64,000 nt of DNA from Trichoplax adhaerens. Taxonomy: Eukaryota > Animalia > Placozoa. The translations under genes were made by a program, and so were the position numbers. The stretch lies in the NCBI RefSeq assembly GCF_000150275.1, contig NW_002060944.1, positions 881,232 to 945,231 of the forward strand. Reading direction: 5' to 3'. Below the pieces are notes generated by a model, which was not told the origin of the DNA, did not search any database, and saw only the letters and a list, made by a program, of their open reading frames with translations. Shown here piece after piece: positions 55,697 to 64,000 of this stretch (the first letter of the stretch is position 1; every line of letters begins with the position of its first letter).

Positions 55697-58438
55697 ATGA
55701 GTAAGTTATATGATACCATCGAACCAGCCGTCATTGACGAGCAAATGCTAAAACAATGCGTGGAAGAGCAAGGTCCAAAGGATGAAGCTGGACGTATTGC
55801 AAATCAAGAAGGGATTGACTTTAACGAAGTGTTACATCTACGATTGGATTTCAAGAGTAAGCTTAAGAAAACAGTTGAAATAGTATAAATATCGAAATAG
55901 TTTAACTTTAATTTTGTCATACATCACAATACGATGGTTGATTAGAAATAAGAAATTGCGTAAAATAGAGTTTCGTTTCTTAATCATAATTCCTATGCCA
56001 TTATCGATTGATAGATATACTGAAAATTGATAATTTATGGAGTTTTACTAACCTGGTCAGGCTTCAACTGGATAACAACATTATCGAAAAAATTGAAGGC
56101 CTTAACACTTTAGTAAATCTAAAATGGCTAGGTTGGTACCGTTATACATAAGCATTTAAATAAAATAAAGTGTTTGGTTCATAGATACTGTAGAACAAAC
56201 ATCTTGGATCGGCAATCCTACCGTCATCATTTTTGCTCTGTGACAATAGCATTGTCAAGATTTATGCCATTAGCAGATTAAAAATTCAGTGATTAATACT
56301 TATAATACTTGCTAGATGTCTTTTGATAAACATAATTTTGAAAGGTGAGTAATCTTTACCATTTTTATTATACCTGAATATAGATCTTTCCTTCAATAAT
56401 ATCGAAATTATTGAGGGCTTGGATAAACTCACTCAATTAACTGATTTAACCTTATTCAGTAATCGAATCGCACGTATTGAAAATATGGATGCATTGAAGG
56501 AATTGCAAGTTGTCTCATTTGGAAATAATCTATTAAAATCATTAGAGAACGTCAGTAGTAACTTATTTCAAGTGATACGTAGTCATCGATTGAGAAAATT
56601 AAAATCTCATTTCTGTGAAATATATTTATTAGATTGCATACCTACGGCGCTTTAAGAATTTGCGTACTATCAATCTGAGTGGTAACCCATTCTCGGAAGA
56701 CGACAATTATAAAAGCTACATTATTGCTCACTTGCCCTCAGTAATTTACCTGGATTATAGATTAGTGGATGAATCACTAGTAAGTTTCTAACGTATTAAA
56801 ATAAGTCAAAGTTTATTGAATGAGATAAAGTTTCAGATTTTTTTTCTACCTATTATTGCGCGTAAAAATCTCACTATTTTATAACGTTTTCCTATTTAAT
56901 GCTTTGTAGAGACACCAAGCACGGGATCAATATGAATTCTCTATCGTAGAATTGGAGCAAGAAGAAAGAGAGCTAGAAAATAAAATGATTAAGGAAAAGG
57001 CTATTGAGGAAAGACTACAAAAGGAAAAGGTAAATCTAATAATTTAGCATACATAATGAGTAAAGTAGGTAAGCACAATTGCATGGAGTAATTCATAAAA
57101 ATGGATATAATTTATGATTTATTAATGAATTTTAGAGAGCGTACGTAGAGTACTTGGATGGTCCGGAATTATTTGATCAGATGGTAGCTGATGATCCTGA
57201 AGCCAGCAAATTAAGTTATCTCCCTGGCTTAGCGGATGTAACCGAGGGATATCCTAACATAAATAGCTAGTGTGAAATATAATGCTAGTATAATGTTAAC
57301 GTAAATACATATAATACATCTGCATCCGTACTGTAAGGATATTATATTCCTTAATTTATCATAATTATAAAGAGAAATTTGTGGAATTATGTAAAGAAAT
57401 CTTTCAGTTTGGGTTAAAAGAACACAATAAACGTGAAGAAGAATGTAACCACTTCTTTAGTGCACTAAATGATGCTAAAAACGAAAATAGATGCATAGGA
57501 ATAGATGCTATTAATATTTTTGAAGAATTTAAGAAAGCGGTAGGTTATGTTCTTATATCTTATTTTCTTTTCAAAATAGTGAATAAATTTTGTAATAATT
57601 GATAATACCCTATAGACTTTCGATGATATTATGCTTACGAGGGACGTACAAGTTGTAGAAGCTAAATTGCAAGAATTAAGTGATAAAGTACAATCTCTGT
57701 GGAATGATTTAATGGGACTGGAAATGCAACTTGTTGATCAGTTGGAGGTGAGTTGTTTTAGAAACTGTATTAGGCTATGGCTTAGGCTTGATGTAGTCAT
57801 TAAATATATGCCTTCGTATGTAATCCGAAATACTATATAGGATACAATAAAAGAATTTGAAAGAAACATGGCTGAAATGGTGGCAGCATTTATAGAACAT
57901 ATTCAAGCTCTATTTGCTCAATGTCGTGATATTGAGAATCAGCACTTTGAAAGAGCAACAGAAATCGCATTAGAAACGCTAGAGAAATTAGTAAAAAATG
58001 AATTGGAAGAAGAATTACCCGATGACTTAAGAGTGGTAATGTTATCTTGACAAACGATTGGCTATATCTAAATATTGAGTAAATAAGAATGACTTTATAT
58101 GTTTTCATTACAGTTATTTGTGGATAAAGATACAATTACTAATGCAGTAACTGCCTCACACGATGCACATCTTGTTAAAATTGACAATAAGGTTAGCAGA
58201 TAATAATTAAATTAAGGTTTCATACTTAGATATTAACAAACGCTTTTTATTATTGCGGCAAACATCATAATGTAATTAGGAAGATGATATGGTTACGCGT
58301 GTTAATAATTGGATGCGAAATATGACTGATCAAGTTCATGAAGACGAAGTTAAGCGCAATCGTTCACGAGTTTTAGAAGTGACACATCTTATTGATCACT
58401 ATCGTGATGAAATTGATAGTATTGAGTCACAAATGTAA
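55697..58438 (+). CDS. DRC3: Dynein regulatory complex subunit 3 (LRRC48), 11 exons
   Basis: N-terminus 'IEPAVIDEQML..VEEQGP..AG.IA..EGIDF..V..LRLDF', leucine-rich repeats 'ILKIDNLW.FTNLVRLQLDNNIIEKIEGL', coiled-coil C-terminus 'LMGLEMQLVDQLE', 'FVDKDTITNAVTASHDAHLVKIDNKED'. Confidence 0.93.
57249..57364 (+). other. Probable U12-type (minor spliceosome) intron with AT-AA termini in DRC3
   Basis: 5' site ATATCCTA, branch point TTCCTTAAT at 57347-57355, no polypyrimidine tract; removal joins LSYLPGLADVTEG|YKEKF in frame. Confidence 0.78.
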
Positions 58439-59766
58439 TATTGTTTACTCTTGAATGCATTAGTTATGGCTACTATCGATCTTGTTAACTTTTAAGATAA
58501 AATCATAATATGATCATTTTTTCTCACATTGAAATAAATATCAGAAATGTATAAAGGAACGCTTTTAGAATGTAATTATCAGTGTTTATATATATTCTAG
58601 TGGATGATGCTCTCGTTATCATCAAAAAATATGAAACTGTACATCTCATGGTAAATAATGTAAACACCTTTAGGTCTATTTCTACCTATTTTCTGATTAA
58701 GAGGTAACATTAAATTTCTGAACTTGTAAGCAAACAATACCTTTGTGTTTATATATAAAATTATTACAATAGCCATTACTATCTATAAATGTCTTAAATT
58801 ATTGGTATCAATAGTCGAGCCATTTTGAAGAGCGATGGTTACAATATCACCGTTACTGATCAAATTATGCACTTAGTTGTAGTGAAGCATTGTAAAATGG
58901 GGGAATACTTCTGTATTAAGAAGAATTACTTAAGAATTTATTGATCTAGTTTATTTCAAGGTGCGGATAACCTGAAGAATGGCTAGATTTAGTTAATAGT
59001 AGAATCTGATGAATGTAATCTACTGTTATGATATCCAATGTATTAGTATTTGTTAGTGGAAATTCTATTACGGACGGTTATCACGTTCTTTTGCTATATT
59101 TCTTATTATTGTATAATCTGTAGGCAAAAGCTTGTTTAAATCACGATACTATTATCATGGTTATACTAGTAGATAAATTATCGCACAGAGCTATCACTTT
59201 TAACGAGAATGTACTGGCATTAATGTTATGACTTGCACCAGTCAATATTGGTATCACTAGATAAGATTCGTATCGTTCCACTGTATAGTGTTAGGATGCT
59301 TTTAATGTTTGCACCTACAATTAATTCCAGGCAACTATGACAATTAATACATTTATATTTCAAATAAGCCTGCAGTATGTCCTGTTATCAAGAACCAACT
59401 AGCCAGTAATTATTTATTTGCAATATTGAGGTGACGAACTTATGAACAGAATTGCTATTATCACATCTATTCAAGGCATAAAAAGTCAGTTACGCAACAT
59501 AAGGATATACACATTACAATATAAAGAAATGTCTTTTTCTATATCTAATTCAAGTACAGCCCTATTACACTTGTGTAACAGCATTTGAAGAAACTATCAA
59601 ATTAGGTGGTCATTATTCACAATTGATTGTAAATCTTTCAAACGGAAGTTTTTCCTCAAGTTCTTGATGCTTTCAAGCAGCATTCGCCAAAGTAAATGAA
59701 ATTTCCAGTTGAGATATTAGCAACACAACCATAGTTATGCTTTTAAAGTTCATTTGGTATGCAAAT

Positions 59767-62155
59767 TTAATCAATGACCGTAACATTTTGGCTACATTGG
59801 TAAAAGATTGCAGCTGCAGCAGTTTTTGACTTTAATTCAGAAACCTCCAAGTCGTGTGCCCATTCCACATTTCCCCACTTAGCAGTCTACAATATTTCAT
59901 AAATATCAGTCAGTAGTTGTCAATTAACATAGTTTGTCACTGTCATCACATACTTGATAGTTTACTTCTAATCTTGCTAAATCAACTGCTTCATCAATAG
60001 TTATATGGCGATTAGTAACTGCCAATGCAATAACAAGTGACTTTAAGCTTTCAACGAGCACAGTTAAGCCTAAAAATAGGAAAGTATAATACGTATAATA
60101 GCAGTCCATTTCATTTATAACATATGCGCAAGCTGAACAATCCAAGAGATTAGCAATAGTATCCATACCGGTTAGTGACCAAGCATCTAGGCGCGATACT
60201 TCGTCTTGAATAGCATTCTTGACAGCTGGAGAATGATCAGCACCAGTAAAACTAGTACTACAAGATAACCGTACCTGAAATCTATTTAGAATGAGCAAAA
60301 GTATGAAAGAAATCGCATGTCAAGAGAATGTAATTGCGATAATCGCGAATGTAACTGTACCAAAATAAGTTTAAACTATGTTATAGCTTACCTATCATTC
60401 ATCCAGTCAAGTAAAGGATTCCAATAATGATTTTGGACAGCAACAAGGTCATTAGGTTCAGTTGCGCGTATGCTAAAGTGGTTATAGTACGCATCCATAC
60501 AAGACCGATTAAAATTCAGCATGTCTAAACAATAATCAACCAAGTTGCATTCCAATTTCAAAACGTGCATTTACCATATAGTGTCTGTGGCTAAATATTC
60601 CATGATTTGTGCTGTTTCAACTCTTAAATTATCGTTACGAGGTCGATCTAGAGCTCCATTACACATTACCGTCTGTCCAAAATAACGGTTACATCAATAA
60701 TATGCAAGTACAGCATAGTTAGTTGATAGCAGTTTAATTATTCAAATTATTTTTAAGGTAATACTATCCAAATTATAGCCAATAGATAAATAGTTAATAA
60801 GAGATTTAAGGTAACGGCATGACTAAGACGTAGGAGAAATAGATAAAGTTCAACGTCTACATGTATAAATCGAATAGATAAATCTTATTTACGAATTAAT
60901 TGATCCGATGAGGTCTAGCTGCGAGATTGCATTAGCTTTAGTTTAGATCGGCAGTAAAACTGTAGCAAATCTAAGGCATTTGTATCTCTAATTCAGAAAA
61001 ACTATTGACTTAAATATCCATCAATAAAAAATAGCTTTCAGTTCTAATGATCTGAGAGCATCGTTGGATGCAACTAGCTATACTATTGCAACCTTACCAA
61101 AGGCATATTATGTGGAGCAATCTTTTTTCCTTGTACCGCCCACTCTGTAGCAACTGCTACTGCTAGTAATTCATTCGGCACAATCAACTGTTGCCCATTG
61201 CGAGTTTTCAATGGCTTAGAATCTAATTTAATCAAAAATCCTCCTAAAAATAAAAGTAGCATAGTATCTACTGTTAGAATGGCAGATATCGTACTGTCGG
61301 TCTTAGAAGCGTCGCAATTGATGAATGTTGATCATTTGTTCTCTTTTTTCACGCACTACAACATTTTATTCCATTACAGCACAAATATAGCTAATTAACG
61401 GTATTCGATGATACAATTAACCTAATCAAATCGTTATTATTTCGTTTTAGCCCTCTTACCTTGAATTGTTTCTATCGTCACATTCTTATAAAATCTTTTG
61501 ATATCTGTTTCAATACCAAAGTATCATGGTTAAATACAGCTAAAAATACTGAATAGTTGCCATGTTACAAAGTATCTAAATCATCTATTTTCATGGATAC
61601 CAATTGTTACATATGCCTATTACCAATACTGATATCTAATTTGTAAATTGTGTCCTATTTTGGACGATAGCACCAGTACTAAATGTCCATTTCTATCAGC
61701 GAAAAAGAGACGAACACGACTTTAGTCCATGCAGTATCGTAGAAAGAGGATAGAGTAGAGATTGAAGCGGACGATTTATTCCACACTAGCTACAGTAACG
61801 CGTGTATCATCCATAGTATGAAAACTAATACCAATTTAATGTTTACTAATCCAACTCAATCCCAACCAATGCAAATTATTTCTACATCATACATCGACAC
61901 TAATCGACACCATGAGCAATTCTGAGGCCATCAGGCATCCGATTTCCCATTTGAAGATAACCATCGAGGTCGATGCATATGGTATAATAATCCAAGATTA
62001 AACGAAGAGACAAGCATAAAAAGTAAATTACCTCGTAGATTATTGGCAAAGGTAATTTCCGTTTGGTGTACTCGGCGGATAAACTGGTAGCGACGCTGCC
62101 AACATGATGCAAATCTGCTTGTGATGCTGCGAATACAAGCCAGATTAGCAGCCAT
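59767..62155 (-). CDS. ATPAF2: ATP synthase mitochondrial F1 complex assembly factor 2 (ATP12), about 8 exons
   Basis: KRFYKNV, LDSKPLKT, LAVAVATEW, EYLATDTIC, WNPLLDW, VESLKSLVIALA, ARLEVNYQTAKWGNVEWAHD motifs; arginine-rich transit-like N-terminus. Confidence 0.94.
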
Positions 62156-63615
62156 GTTGGTGACCGGATAGAAGCAACTTGGTAGTGATTGGCTGATTTT
62201 ACTAACTCCACTTGAATTACGCTCTCCTTTCAACTGTTTCCTATGGAATTTTACGCATGTATGATACAGTATAGTACCGTAGTAAGCACTCTAGTCTACC
62301 AACAACAATATACCGTCAAACGACGATGACAGCAAACTCGCTACAGACATCCGGACGATTGGAACACTTTCAAGCTGCTAGAAATGCCTGGCAACGACGA
62401 TGATGGAATTCTTCTTGGTGAATTAACTCTGCTGCAGGAAACAGTTTAAGAGTATCTATGGAATACAATTTGTCAGAATTTCTAATGCTGTAGTAGTGAA
62501 TATGGATGATAGGAGATAGTCGTTACCTCCGTGTTCACGCCGTAGAAAAATAGAACTATTGACGTCAACACTACCTCTCATGATTGTCTGCAAATGGTGC
62601 AATGGTTGGTTATACGCTTACGCGAGTTACTAGCAGTAGCAAGCTGACTAATTTCTTGAATTTGATTACAATAATAAGGGCCGTTTCTCGTTTCCATTAG
62701 CTCATGTGAACGGAAGGCAAGAGCGTACTATAGATGGTGCAATTTCACAATGATAGTCACAAGTTGCAACTGTCTCTCATAGCTTTAGTTGAAGTTAAAG
62801 CTGCATGCAATTGGTCTGCACATTTGTGTAATGTACAGTACTGTACTACTGTAAGTAGAAAGTTAACAAAGTTAATGTGCAACAGAAAGGATCAAGAACT
62901 CTCGTCATCCATCTGGATTTATTTACCTAGAGAATTTCAACCTAATTGACTGCTCAAAATTGGAAATCAATCCATAACCTTTTATAGAGAACGAGCAGTA
63001 ATAACGCTAAAGACAACAGTTGTTAACTAGCTAGATCTATAGCATGTATATTACATTGTAAAAATAACAATTTTAGTGTTGATTTGCAACGGAAGTACGA
63101 GAACAACACATAACAATTTTTTATAGCTACCTTTTAGTACTTGGATTCTCTAGGAATTGCATAATATAAAAATACAGAGCATTAAATACATTACACTGCA
63201 TATCATTTAGATCGTCCACGTAGCTCATAACTGACGCTGTTGCAACCACTTTAATGAGCTGCTGTTTTATCATTTATCAATTAAACATTGAATAGATGTA
63301 ACGTAGAAAACGCAAATTATTGATCATAAAAACAGACCAAATTGCATTCCACTCAATGCATAGAATCATTAAACTTAGCCATTAGCGAAAAGATCAGGTT
63401 ATAATACATTTCAGGTTAGATAGCGTATCTATTATTTTACAAATAGGATCTGAGCAAAAATTACATTCAGTTAAGGTGGTTTTGATTTCATGACGATAGA
63501 AAACTAGTGTACTAATATCTATACTGCATTATCAAATATTGTCGATTATAATTCGCAATATAAGCTCTTTCTTCAAATAAAATTACGTAAAAGAATCCAT
63601 CTCTTCATTCATGAT

Positions 63616-64000
63616 TTATGCCGTTACATTACTATCTGCAATTTGGCTACCATCGGGGTTACCGCCAAAGCCTGTTAAGCAATAATATCAACTTCGTTAC
63701 AACCAGCATATACTCTTACGATTAAAATTAAAATCCATTAACAGTCTTTCTATCACGGTATACATCTACCTTTACTAGTGAATATTTCGCATATTATTTA
63801 AAATATTATACACTTACTGTCGGTAATAAGCCGCTGGGTATCGTTATTAGCAGTTGTTGAGCCTGATTCTTGATTCGTTGTGGTGAGTTTATGGACGAAG
63901 TATGCTACCAGAAATAATCCAGAACTTACAAGATACAACATCGGAAATAGCACTATTAAAGCAGTCCGTAAATTGGAAATGGCTGTCAGGGGTGGCACCA
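63616..64000 (-). CDS. 3' end of a membrane protein gene (possibly an MFS transporter); extends beyond the window
   Basis: Hydrophobic segment 'LRTALIVLFPMLYLVSSGLFLVAYFV' then a polar tail; GTAAGT donor near 63815; tentative last mini-exon 63635-63616. Confidence 0.45.

Noticed and set aside
62320-62450. GID4 ortholog head-to-head with ATPAF2, as in human
   Set aside because: Only ~21-25-aa ORFs with no recognisable similarity

Overview
AT-rich, intron-containing animal genomic DNA with two N gaps. Short introns and a 42-aa 'GDNHPSVAxSYNNIxxVY' TPR expansion suggest a placozoan such as Trichoplax; this is inference only. Left part (1-~26.6 kb): a repeat-rich accessory region with three paralogous TPR genes that lack coding introns (about 5, 17 and 30 repeats). 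They lie in segmental duplications and show higher-order repeat duplication, 3' decay or truncation, solo LTRs, a MITE-like element and composite tandem repeats. Right part: conserved multi-exon genes, mostly missed by the ORF track. These are NTAN1 (-), COX11 (-), mitochondrial aconitase ACO2 (+, about 31 exons, GC-AG first intron), an orphan 239-aa ORF (-) downstream of RFX X-box motifs, DRC3/LRRC48 (+, with a probable U12-type AT-AA intron), ATPAF2 (-, tail-to-tail with DRC3 as in human 17p11.2), and the 3' end of a membrane-protein gene. Exon boundaries were derived by hand and may be off by a few bases.
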